26,792 bases of DNA from Chlamydiia bacterium (GCA_038257035.1 JBBSJT010000020.1:1-26792); one strand, 5' to 3'; positions 8,117 to 16,538 are shown, counted from the first letter of the stretch. Notes: a model not told the origin generated them from the letters alone. Made by a program: numbers and translations.

Positions 8117-9073
8117 GTGTTTAAATTTCAAAAAAAAAGTTTATTATTTTTTTTAATATTATTTTGTCTCTTCACCACTTCTGAAGCTTTTGCAGGTGAT
8201 GCATTTGAAATACATGAATGCCCTTTAAACCGACAAGATAAAAGAAAAGGGGAAATTGCCATTACTGCCGTTTTCAGAGATGATGCCCCTTTTTTAAAAG
8301 AATGGATTGAATTTCATCGCCTAATCGGAGTTTCTCATTTTTATCTCTACAACAATTGCAGCCAAGATAATTTTTGGGAAGGGGTCCTAAAAGATTATGT
8401 AACCAAAGGCATCGTTGAGTTATTCGATGTTCCTTTTGATTCTTATACCTGCAATGACAATGCAAAGACACATAATGCTGTTCAAGTTCACTGTTATAAC
8501 CATGCTTTAAAGCTTGCAAACGGGTATAATGCTTGGGTTGCCATCATCGATTCTGATGAATTTATTTGCATGCCGAAAGAAAGAAATCTTAAAAAATTTT
8601 TAAAAAAATATTCTCATGCTGCGGGTTTGGTTGTCTACTGGCAAATCTATGGTACTTCCAATATTTGGGATATCGAACAAGGGAAATTAATGATTGAAAG
8701 CCTGCTTTACAAAGAGCCGAATTGTGGAGGTAATGGGATGTTTAAATCAATCGTCAATCCAAAAATTGCCACCTGTGTTGATCCTCATTGTTGCACGTAT
8801 AGTCAAGGAGCGTTTGCAGTTAATCAAAATAATCAAAGATTTAGCCATACTCCAAATTTTCATGAGCTTCCTGTAGATCTGATTCGGATCAATCACTACA
8901 CCTATAGAACGCTTTCCTTTTATTACAACGTTAAAAAGCCAAGGAAGGAAGCTTGGGGATTTAACCCTGATGCAGAACTTGAAAAACATCTGCTTGATAA
9001 AGCGAATTCAGTTTATGATCCTGCCATGTTGCCGTTTGTAGAAAATCTAAAAAAAGCTCTAAAGAATGATTAA
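8117..9073 (+). CDS. Glycosyltransferase family 92 / GT-A fold protein with signal peptide
   Basis: 'FLKEWIEFHRLIGVSHFYLYNN', 'WVAIIDSDEF' (DxD), 'KSIVNP', 'RINHY'; GTG start with GAGG SD; N-terminal hydrophobic leader ending AFA. Confidence 0.85.
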   Translation: MFKFQKKSLLFFLILFCLFTTSEAFAGDAFEIHECPLNRQDKRKGEIAITAVFRDDAPFLKEWIEFHRLIGVSHFYLYNNCSQDNFWEGVLKDYVTKGIVELFDVPFDSYTCNDNAKTHNAVQVHCYNHALKLANGYNAWVAIIDSDEFICMPKERNLKKFLKKYSHAAGLVVYWQIYGTSNIWDIEQGKLMIESLLYKEPNCGGNGMFKSIVNPKIATCVDPHCCTYSQGAFAVNQNNQRFSHTPNFHELPVDLIRINHYTYRTLSFYYNVKKPRKEAWGFNPDAELEKHLLDKANSVYDPAMLPFVENLKKALKND

Positions 9074-9917
9074 ATTTCCAAAACCATTATTTTTTTTAAT
9101 TTTACTTCTAACCTTAACAAAAAATGCTTTTTCAATAATTCCTGAAGGCATTTTTTACACGCATTTAATTTTAAACGACAACACTTCTGCTCATGTTTTA
9201 GAAGTGGACCCTCAATATTTTGATATTATTTCTGCCAAGGCAAAAATAAAAAAATTGGAATCGGTAGAAACAATTGCCAAGCAAAATAATGCCATAGCTG
9301 CAATCAATGGGGGTTTTTTTCAATCAAAAGGAATTCCTGTTGGCATCTTAAAAATCGAAGACCAATGGTATGGCATTCCTCATCTACCAAGAGGGGCGAT
9401 TGGTTGGTCAAATAATCACCACAAGGTGTTGTTTGACCAATTACTCGTTTCTTTTCTTAAGGAAAATACTCTTTTGATAATTCCTCAGTCAAACCCAAAT
9501 TACACTACGACTCGGGACTGGAATTCTGTAAACTACATTGTGGGTGGTGCTCCAATTTTGATTCGTTCATCAGAAGTGATCACAGATTTTTCGGTCGAAA
9601 AAACAATATGGGGATTTTTATATAAAAACCATGCAAGAACTGCTATCGGAATTTTACCAAATGGACATTTTGTTTTTGTCGTTGTGGATGGAGTAAAGTA
9701 CTTATTTTTTCCAAATAAGGGAATGACCATACCTAATCTTGCCCTATTTTTACTTGATTTGGGATGTAAAGAAGCCCTTAACCTTGATGGTGGGGGCTCA
9801 TCTACCATGTATTTGCTTGGCAATGTAGTCAATACGCCCTGCGGTGAACGCTACGATGGCAAAGGCCATTTTGTCAGGCACGTCTCAGACGCTATCTTGA
9901 TTTTACCAAAAGGGTAG
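9066..9917 (+). CDS. Phosphodiester glycosidase (NAGPA/DUF2233) family protein
   Basis: 'AIAAINGGFF', 'ARTAIG', 'VVVDG', 'ALNLDGGGSSTM', 'RHVSDAI'; N-terminal signal peptide; overlaps upstream gene by 8 nt. Confidence 0.88.
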   Translation: MIKFPKPLFFLILLLTLTKNAFSIIPEGIFYTHLILNDNTSAHVLEVDPQYFDIISAKAKIKKLESVETIAKQNNAIAAINGGFFQSKGIPVGILKIEDQWYGIPHLPRGAIGWSNNHHKVLFDQLLVSFLKENTLLIIPQSNPNYTTTRDWNSVNYIVGGAPILIRSSEVITDFSVEKTIWGFLYKNHARTAIGILPNGHFVFVVVDGVKYLFFPNKGMTIPNLALFLLDLGCKEALNLDGGGSSTMYLLGNVVNTPCGERYDGKGHFVRHVSDAILILPKG

Positions 9918-9942
9918 GAGACGTAGGGGACATAAGACTTGA

Positions 9943-10131
9943 GAAGGGATTTTAAAGGACAAAAAGGACTAAAAGGACAGCAAGGACTAAAAGGACGATT
10001 CCACCGTCTTGAAATTATCTTAAGGCTAAGTTAATTTATCTTAAAAGTACTCTCAAGGCCGTGGGCTTGTCCTTTTAGTCCTTTTAGTCCTTGTTGTCCT
10101 TTTTGTCCTTTTAGTCCTTTAAAATCCCTTC
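9943..10131. repeat. AAGGAC-type palindromic (MITE/REP-like) element
   Basis: Perfect 18-bp terminal inverted repeat GAAGGGATTTTAAAGGAC; 5 AAGGAC units (9-bp period) on the left, 6 GTCCTT units on the right; inner quasi-palindrome CCACCGTCTTGA...TCAAGGCCGTGG. Confidence 0.92.
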
Positions 10132-10226
10132 ATGTTTAGTCAATTAACGATAAAAGTTAAAAAGAAGGTGAATTTTTCCTTTTTGTCCTTCAAATCCCTT
10201 TCTGTTAGTTCAATGAACGATAATAG

Positions 10227-10255
10227 TTGAAAAAGTGAGTTAAGAAATGTATCAT
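10227..10255 (+). promoter_or_regulatory. Putative sigma66/70 promoter for small ORF
   Basis: TTGAAA-N17-TATCAT followed by GAGGT SD and ATG at 10279. Confidence 0.45.
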
Positions 10256-10278
10256 CACGATTTTACAGAGGTAAAAAA

Positions 10279-10476
10279 ATGATTGATGCCTATCTTGTAA
10301 GTAATTTTTTTTGGAATAGCGTGCGTACTATCGATTCTAAATTAACAGGTGTATCTCCAACTGCCCTTATAGTCTCAACGGCAACCATTACTTATCTTGC
10401 CTTAAATATAATGGAACAATTGAATGCTCTTGATATTGAAGATCAAAAAAATACAAACCGTTTTAAGTCGTTATAA
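10279..10476 (+). CDS. Small single-TM hypothetical protein, possibly the 5' remnant of a longer gene
   Basis: Promoter-like motif and GAGGT SD; hydrophobic stretch ALIVSTATITYLAL; stop lies inside the 3' end of the convergent gene. Confidence 0.45.
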   Translation: MIDAYLVSNFFWNSVRTIDSKLTGVSPTALIVSTATITYLALNIMEQLNALDIEDQKNTNRFKSL

Positions 10477-11431
10477 AATATTTCCTAAATCCATCAATGA
10501 CACCAGATAACTCAAACCCTGCATTTTCAAAAATTTTAATAGAACTTCTGTTTTCAGCTTTAATCTCTGCGGTAATCTCTGAAAGGTTTAAAGTATTTTT
10601 TCCATATTGACATGCTTCTATTAAAATGGCACTACCAAGACCTTTTCCTCGCATCATCGGGTTGATATTAATACTAATCTCAGCAGAAGTTGAAGATAAT
10701 AAATCAAACCGCACCATTCCTGTGGCAATCCCATTTAAAAAAGCCATGAGAATGACTTTTTTAGGATCTTTCAATGTACGTTCATACCATTTTTGATGCT
10801 CCTCAAATAAAATGGGATTGCCAGTTCGAGACATAAATCTAGTAATTGGATCATTTCTCCATTCCCAGATAAGATAGGCATCAGAGCTGTACTTATCTTG
10901 ATTTGCCGGGAAAAAACTAATGTGCCGATATCTTGGATGTTGATGAAACAATATGGCCATGTAATCAAAATAGGTTGTGGCTTTATCAAAATTTTTTAGA
11001 AAAAGTTCTAAAGACTCTTCTTCGTGTTCTGAGATTAAATCATGATTTTCTAAAATATGTGAAGAGCTAAAAAATGACAACTCACAATGATTCAAGTAAA
11101 TTTTTTCAAAAATTGTTTTAGCGCGTTTTAGATGATAATCACTCGTCACAATAATAAGCATTTTAATTTCTAAAGCAGCAATGAGTGGTAAGCTAAAAAC
11201 AGCCTGCCCTATGGTATCGTAGGCTAAAAGCGTATAGATGGGTAGTGTCGTTTGGCTATTTTTCAAAACCCATGCTTTCATCAGCTGAGTTTGTTTTTCA
11301 TATCCCGGTAAAATAATGCAATCTACCTCATCAAGATGTTTTATGGCTTCTTTTAAGCGCATGATTGTTTCGGTGTCAATTCCTCCATCTTCATCATAGC
11401 CCTGGCACAACACAATTAATGCTTGATTCAC
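10463..11431 (-). CDS. Fusion of YdcF/DUF218-like domain and PseH-like GNAT N-acetyltransferase
   Basis: N-half 'IVTSDYHLKRAKTIF' and 'DTIGQA' (DUF218-like); C-half 'WEWRNDP..RFMS...FEEHQKWY', 'RGKGLG', 'NRSSIKIFENAGF' (GNAT); ATGA overlap with NeuB gene. Confidence 0.75.
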   Translation of the reverse strand: MNQALIVLCQGYDEDGGIDTETIMRLKEAIKHLDEVDCIILPGYEKQTQLMKAWVLKNSQTTLPIYTLLAYDTIGQAVFSLPLIAALEIKMLIIVTSDYHLKRAKTIFEKIYLNHCELSFFSSSHILENHDLISEHEEESLELFLKNFDKATTYFDYMAILFHQHPRYRHISFFPANQDKYSSDAYLIWEWRNDPITRFMSRTGNPILFEEHQKWYERTLKDPKKVILMAFLNGIATGMVRFDLLSSTSAEISININPMMRGKGLGSAILIEACQYGKNTLNLSEITAEIKAENRSSIKIFENAGFELSGVIDGFRKYFITT

Positions 11432-12504
11432 TCTACATCGCTCCTTGAAATACCTTGACTTGGCAGTATATCTCTTGCGGCATGTTTTCCAATCACTTCA
11501 TCAAAATATTTGGGTTCAAGTCCATGCTTCATTTTTCCACTTCTTAAAATATCAACATTCTCTTTTGTAAATATTTCACCCTTTTTTATAGCTTTGATGG
11601 CATGAATATGTCTTCTTGCAAAATTATAAAGTTCCTCTTCTATTGGAAGAAGTTGTTTAATTGGGCTTCCTAATGCACTTGTCGTTAATCTAACACTTTT
11701 AACAAGATCTATAAGCTCATTTGGCTCAACAGAAAATTTTTGATCAGGGCCTTGCATCTCATTGGATAAAGTAAAATGTTTTTCTATAATATTTCCACCT
11801 CTTGCAACCACTATAATCGGATTGAGGATAGCCTCTCTTGTATGATCAGATAATCCAACAGGAACATTAAATGCCTCTCTTAGGGTATCGATCACAAGCA
11901 AATTGCTAAGGTTAATAGGGTGAGGGTATTTAGCGATACAATGCATCAAAACCACGTTTTTATTACCGGTTGATGCAATCGTTTCCAAGGCTTCGTGAAT
12001 TTCATCCATCGTTGCCATGGCAACAGACATAATAACGGGCTTTCCTTTTGAAGCAATATGCTTGACCAATGGTAAATGTGTACATTCATAGGAGGCAATT
12101 TTATGGGCTTCAACAAAAGGATCGATCAAATCGCACGATTCTTCATCAAATGCACTACTCATAAATAAAATGTTTTTAAGCTTACAATAATTGGAGAGCT
12201 CTGTAATCCACTCTCTTGGCATTGAAATTTTTTCAAAAATTTCCTGAATAGTTTTTTCATTTCCAAGATAATCTGCAAAACCCGCATCTTGAACATAAAT
12301 TTTTGAAGGAATGAACGTTTGAAATTTGACTACATCAGCTTTTGCAATACTTGCAACATCAATCATTTTTTTTGCATTGTTCAAATCTTGATTATGATTA
12401 CTTCCGGCTTCTGCAATAATAAAACAAGGGTGCCCTTGGCCTATAAGTTTTGTCCCAATTTTAACCGTTTGATTAAAATGGTTTTTTAGACTTTTTAATG
12501 CCAT
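11428..12504 (-). CDS. NeuB-family nonulosonic acid synthase (SpsE/PseI-like) with C-terminal SAF domain
   Basis: 'FIIAEAGSNHN', 'VKFQ', 'KIASYE', 'HC..KYP', 'GLSDHT', 'IEKHFTL', 'GPD' motifs; SAF-like tail. Confidence 0.93.
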   Translation of the reverse strand: MALKSLKNHFNQTVKIGTKLIGQGHPCFIIAEAGSNHNQDLNNAKKMIDVASIAKADVVKFQTFIPSKIYVQDAGFADYLGNEKTIQEIFEKISMPREWITELSNYCKLKNILFMSSAFDEESCDLIDPFVEAHKIASYECTHLPLVKHIASKGKPVIMSVAMATMDEIHEALETIASTGNKNVVLMHCIAKYPHPINLSNLLVIDTLREAFNVPVGLSDHTREAILNPIIVVARGGNIIEKHFTLSNEMQGPDQKFSVEPNELIDLVKSVRLTTSALGSPIKQLLPIEEELYNFARRHIHAIKAIKKGEIFTKENVDILRSGKMKHGLEPKYFDEVIGKHAARDILPSQGISRSDVE

Positions 12505-12518
12505 TTGAATCGCCTTTT

Positions 12519-13277
12519 TTAAGATTTTTGGTTAGAAATCTCTTTTAAATTTGCTTCATAAAGCTTCATATACTTATAGAAACTGGTATGAGCATTATAA
12601 GCTGAAATTACAAACCCTTCATAGCCACCTAAAAATCCACGCTTTAGTATATAGCTCTTAAAGAACGCAAATGAACCATGTAAAGCAGCTTTACAAGGAG
12701 ATGATTTTTTAATATATCGGTTTTGCTCTGCAAAGAGATTTGAATAACTTTGCATTTTATTTAAAAAATCTGAAATTGAAGCGTAAGAATAGTGAATCAT
12801 AGGAGCTTTTAAGGGCATCACCCTCATTCCTTGTATCATGATTGCTTCATGGACTTTTGCATCATCAAATTGAGTTTTAGTTTTATTGTAAAGCCTGATC
12901 TGATGATCAGGATACCAGCCACACCACTTAATGAATTTGTTGTTGAAATAATTATGTCGTGAAAAGGAATAAACAGTATTTTCATCAAGCTGCAGATTTT
13001 TAATTTCAAGACTCATTTCATTTGTAACTATTTCATCGCTATCGAGTGATAAAACCCAATCATGTTTTGCGTGCGAAGAAGCTATATTATGTGTCGGCCC
13101 AAACCCTTCAAATTTCCCGATGATAATTTTTACGTTCTTGAACTTAGCTGCAATTTCTAGTGTATCATCGGTCGATCCATTGTCGTAGATAATCACTTCA
13201 TCAAAATCTTTTACTGAATTTAACACTGCCTCCAAATATAGCCGGCTGTTTTTTGTTAAAATGGTTACGCTAATCAT
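12519..13277 (-). CDS. Glycosyltransferase family 2 (WaaE/KdtX-like LPS glucosyltransferase)
   Basis: 'DNGSTDDT', 'WVLSLDSDE', 'GWYPDHQIRLY', 'VHE', 'KRGFLGGYEG', 'YKYMKL'; ATG at 13277. Confidence 0.9.
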   Translation of the reverse strand: MISVTILTKNSRLYLEAVLNSVKDFDEVIIYDNGSTDDTLEIAAKFKNVKIIIGKFEGFGPTHNIASSHAKHDWVLSLDSDEIVTNEMSLEIKNLQLDENTVYSFSRHNYFNNKFIKWCGWYPDHQIRLYNKTKTQFDDAKVHEAIMIQGMRVMPLKAPMIHYSYASISDFLNKMQSYSNLFAEQNRYIKKSSPCKAALHGSFAFFKSYILKRGFLGGYEGFVISAYNAHTSFYKYMKLYEANLKEISNQKS

Positions 13278-13280
13278 CAA

Positions 13281-14258
13281 TTAATGTCCAATAAGTGGGG
13301 GTTGATCGTTAAAGTCAAAGCCTACAGGCGGTAAAACAAAAACCAAAGAGATATCATCTAGTTTTCCGGAAGTTGGCTCTGCCTCAAGCTCATAATAGTA
13401 ATCTCCTTCTTTTAACGGATATATTTTTGTAATTCTAGCAATATTTAAATCAGGGGGAAATACTCCATCCATGCCAGTCGTTACAAGTAAATCATTTATC
13501 TTTAAAAGAGGTAGAGTTTTAGTTTTATTTTTATTTTCATTTGGCTCGCCCGTTCTTAGATCCCTTGATGGGCCTTTCTCATCTGAAAAATCATAATTGA
13601 AACCAATTCCATACAAAACATTTCCATTTGATCGAAAAAGGGGCTTTCCGGCACCTCTTAGCTCACCTTTAGCAAGATAATGAATGCTTTCATTTTCACG
13701 TCTTAAAACACGTACCGAGGGAGTAAGTGCAGAATCTGTGATTAATCTCACCCTGGACTGCCTCTTGCCAACATAATCAATCACACCTATTATCGAGCTA
13801 CCAATCAATACAGGGCTATTTTTTCCAATAGGTTGATTTAAGTGTTGATTATCCTCTTGTCCAATATTAATCCAAAAAGAGCTAAACCAGGAATTTGGAG
13901 ATCGAAAAATGACTCTTGCAGCAATAGCCTCAGGCGGTGTAGATAAATTCTTAGAATTTTCAACAAGGTCTAGTAATTGGATAAAATTTGCATAAAGGAG
14001 TTTGTTTTCCAGTTCAAGCTTTTTAAACTCCTCATCACGGGTGACATAAGAAACCTTTGATAAAGGATCATCAAGCTCGATTTTTTCAACAAAAAAATTC
14101 GTTCCATAAAATCTTGCAAAGGAAAATTTGGTTAAAACAGGATGTAAAATCTCCATGAAAGTTCCACGAATTTTTTCTGAAAACGCAGGAGGAAGGGTAA
14201 TAATCAAAAAAAGGAGGGCCAACAAAAAAAAGTATGGTTTGGCCTTTTCTCTTCTCAT
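13281..14258 (-). CDS. mreC: Rod shape-determining protein MreC
   Basis: N-terminal TM, coiled coil ('LELENKLL'), 'ARVIFR', 'SRVRLITD', 'DLLVTTGMDGVFPP'; ATGA overlap with aspC. Confidence 0.85.
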   Translation of the reverse strand: MRREKAKPYFFLLALLFLIITLPPAFSEKIRGTFMEILHPVLTKFSFARFYGTNFFVEKIELDDPLSKVSYVTRDEEFKKLELENKLLYANFIQLLDLVENSKNLSTPPEAIAARVIFRSPNSWFSSFWINIGQEDNQHLNQPIGKNSPVLIGSSIIGVIDYVGKRQSRVRLITDSALTPSVRVLRRENESIHYLAKGELRGAGKPLFRSNGNVLYGIGFNYDFSDEKGPSRDLRTGEPNENKNKTKTLPLLKINDLLVTTGMDGVFPPDLNIARITKIYPLKEGDYYYELEAEPTSGKLDDISLVFVLPPVGFDFNDQPPLIGH

Positions 14259-15445
14259 AATGACAATATCGATTCAATCACATAATCCATATTGCCTGTG
14301 TTTAAACCTGCAAGATTAATGCGTCCGTCCGCTATATAGATTCCAAAATCAGTTTTTAACCGTTGCACTTGTAACTCATTAAGCCCGGTATAGGTAAATA
14401 GTCCCGTTTGCGGTTGATTCATGAATTGATACTTTGTTCCCACTTCTTCTGAAAGTAACCCTGTGGTAAAGGCAATGCGCATCTCATCAATGCGCTCTTT
14501 CATATTCTTAAGCTCTAAGGTCCATTCTTTTTTTAATTCTTCATCTTCTAGAACAGCTGTAACAATGCGTGCTGCCTGCAAAGGGGGATTAGAATAGATT
14601 CCGCGAATAATCTGTTTTAAATGGGTGCCAATTTTTGATGTCTTTTGACTCTCATTCAATACGGCAAATAAAGCTCCTGCCCGCTCACCATATAAGCCCA
14701 TATTTTTTGAATAAGTGTAGGCGGCAAATAACTCATGACCCATCTCAACAAAATAGCGAATGGGTTCAACATCCTTTTCTAAAGAGATACCAAAACCATG
14801 ATACGCCAAATCAAATAAAGGAATAATACCGGAAGCTTTAATAAGAGAAGAAAGCTCTCTCCACTCTTCAAAAGTTGGATTTAAACCTGTAGGATTGTGA
14901 CAGGTTCCGTGTAAAAGAATGATGGAGCCTTTTGGCATTTGTTTGATTCTTTCGCACATTTTGGCAAAATCAAATTTATGATCTGAATGATTATAATAAG
15001 GATAAGTCTCTACATTTAAACCGGCTCTTTTAAAAACAAGCGTATGATTGACCCATGTCATGTTAGGAATGTAGATCGTTTTATTTTGATTATTTTTTGC
15101 AAAAAATTCACCGCATATGGCAAGAGCTGCAGTGCCTCCGACAGTTTGCGCACCAAAAATTGTACCATCGGTCGTTTTTGGAGTTTCACCAAAAATCAAC
15201 TTTGATGTTTCAAAAATATAATTTTTTTCGCCTGCAATTGGAAGGTAGTCTTTTATTAATGAGGCTTCTAAAATCGATTTTTCTGCCTTTTGGACACAGG
15301 TTAAAACAGTCGATTGGCCTCTGGAGTCTTTGTAAGTGCCAATAGCTAAATTGATTTTTTTAGGACGCTTATCGGCAGCAAATGCAGCCTGTAAGCTAAA
15401 GATAGGATCTTCAGGGAGTGTGTCAATTGAATCAAAAAAAGACAT
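14255..15445 (-). CDS. aspC: Aspartate/aromatic amino-acid aminotransferase (class I)
   Basis: 'DPIF', 'INLAIGTY', 'QTVGGTAAL', 'HNPTG', 'DLAYHGF', 'SKNMGLYGER' (PLP lysine), 'GRINLAG'; start at ATG 15445 with AGGTG SD (ORF-track extension runs into the tRNA). Confidence 0.93.
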   Translation of the reverse strand: MSFFDSIDTLPEDPIFSLQAAFAADKRPKKINLAIGTYKDSRGQSTVLTCVQKAEKSILEASLIKDYLPIAGEKNYIFETSKLIFGETPKTTDGTIFGAQTVGGTAALAICGEFFAKNNQNKTIYIPNMTWVNHTLVFKRAGLNVETYPYYNHSDHKFDFAKMCERIKQMPKGSIILLHGTCHNPTGLNPTFEEWRELSSLIKASGIIPLFDLAYHGFGISLEKDVEPIRYFVEMGHELFAAYTYSKNMGLYGERAGALFAVLNESQKTSKIGTHLKQIIRGIYSNPPLQAARIVTAVLEDEELKKEWTLELKNMKERIDEMRIAFTTGLLSEEVGTKYQFMNQPQTGLFTYTGLNELQVQRLKTDFGIYIADGRINLAGLNTGNMDYVIESILSL

Positions 15446-15469
15446 ATTAACACCTATAATCTTAAATAA

Positions 15470-15542
15470 TGGAGTGTAACGGAATCGAACCGTTGACCTC
15501 AACAATGCCATCGTTGCGCTCTACCAATTGAGCTAACACCCC
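15470..15542 (-). tRNA. tRNA-Ala (GGC)
   Basis: GGGGTGTTAGCTCAATTGGTAGAGCGCAACGATGGCATTGTTGAGGTCAACGGTTCGATTCCGTTACACTCCA: cloverleaf, G3:U70 pair, anticodon GGC, CCA not encoded. Confidence 0.96.
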
Positions 15543-15554
15543 ATAAAGTACGAA

Positions 15555-15583
15555 AGTTTAAAAAATCAAGCCTTTTTCAGCAA
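15555..15583 (-). promoter_or_regulatory. Putative sigma66 promoter for tRNA-Ala (and possibly the aspC-mreC run)
   Basis: TTGCTG-N17-TAAACT on minus strand, 12 nt upstream of the tRNA 5' end. Confidence 0.5.
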
Positions 15584-15628
15584 GACATTTCCATCTTTTT
15601 CAATAAAGTATAATTTTTCTTTTTTTTA

Positions 15629-15752
15629 TGGGGATTTTAAAGGACTAAAAGGAGGACTTTACCCTTTTTGTCATATCTTTAAGACTAATTAACTTATTTT
15701 GAAAATACTATCAAGACGGTGGATCTGTCCTTTTAGTCCTTTAAAATCCCCA
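15629..15752. repeat. Second AAGGAC-type palindromic element (shorter copy)
   Basis: Perfect 25-bp TIR TGGGGATTTTAAAGGACTAAAAGGA; interior (TTAAGACTAATTAACTTA...TCAAGACGGTGGA) is homologous to the reverse complement of the interior of 9943-10131. Confidence 0.92.
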
Positions 15753-15834
15753 CTAATACCTGTTATTATTTAGAAATGTTTACAATAATTTATTTTTTAG
15801 GTTATAGTGCGCATTTTAAATTAAGGGGGTTTTT

Positions 15835-16479
15835 ATGAATTTAGATATAATTAGATCGGGTTTTAAATGCGCTGCTTGCTATCAACCCTGTGATGGATCA
15901 TTTAATATAATACATAAAGAAATTGAATATAGTCGCGGGAATTTTGAGACCCATATTTTACATGATAAAGAATGTGAAAAACTATGGAATGCAAAACAAA
16001 TTGAAAATCCAACCTGTCCTTGGTGTTACCCTGACATTGTAATGATTACACAACCCAGTCAGCAATTTGTTGAAGCTGCAAAATATGGTAATCTTGAAGT
16101 TGTAAAAAAAATCATGAAACAGAGTTTAAATTATCCACCCCATGAATTACCAATTTCTTACCAAGTGGCAGTTTTTAAAGCCGCAGCATTTGGACAAAGC
16201 CACATCGTAAAATATCTTTTATCCAAAGGTAATATTTCTAACGATTTGTGTGGTCATGCAGTTATTGAAGCTACCAAAAATAAATTTCCATCAGTTATAT
16301 GTGAACTCTATGAAGGTCGCAAAGAGCCTTGGGAAAATATAGCTAATATCTACTTGGAAAAATCTTCTAAAATTGTGAAAGATTCCATAACTAAAGCAAA
16401 TTATTCAGACCAAAAAAAGTATTCAGAAATTCACAAAATCATCAAGATAATCCACGAAAATAAAACCAAAAAAACTTAG
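15835..16479 (+). CDS. RING-H2-like zinc finger plus ankyrin-like repeats (putative effector/E3 ligase)
   Basis: CAAC...H...HILHDKEC...W...TCPWC, then three ankyrin-like motifs (AAKYGNLEVVKKIM, AAAFGQSHIVKYLL, ATKNKFPSVICEL); AAGGGGG SD. Confidence 0.7.
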   Translation: MNLDIIRSGFKCAACYQPCDGSFNIIHKEIEYSRGNFETHILHDKECEKLWNAKQIENPTCPWCYPDIVMITQPSQQFVEAAKYGNLEVVKKIMKQSLNYPPHELPISYQVAVFKAAAFGQSHIVKYLLSKGNISNDLCGHAVIEATKNKFPSVICELYEGRKEPWENIANIYLEKSSKIVKDSITKANYSDQKKYSEIHKIIKIIHENKTKKT

Positions 16480-16492
16480 AGTTTTAGAATTA

Positions 16493-16532
16493 CTTTTAAA
16501 CAGTACCAGGATAACCTGGTGCTGTTTTAAAG
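16493..16532. terminator. Probable bidirectional intrinsic terminator
   Basis: AAACAGTACCAGG-ATAA-CCTGGTGCTGTTTT hairpin between convergent genes. Confidence 0.7.
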
Positions 16533-16538
16533 ATAGCT

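Noticed and set aside
8130..8154. A9 and T8 tracts at the start of the GT92 gene as a phase-variation switch
   Set aside because: Such A/T runs are common throughout this AT-rich sequence and the frame is intact
9943..10131. CRISPR array
   Set aside because: 9-bp tandem units in inverted arms, no unique 25-40 nt spacers, no cas genes
15446..15511. N-terminal extension of aspC in the ORF track
   Set aside because: Runs through tRNA-Ala; an SD-supported ATG at 15445 gives a normal 396-aa enzyme
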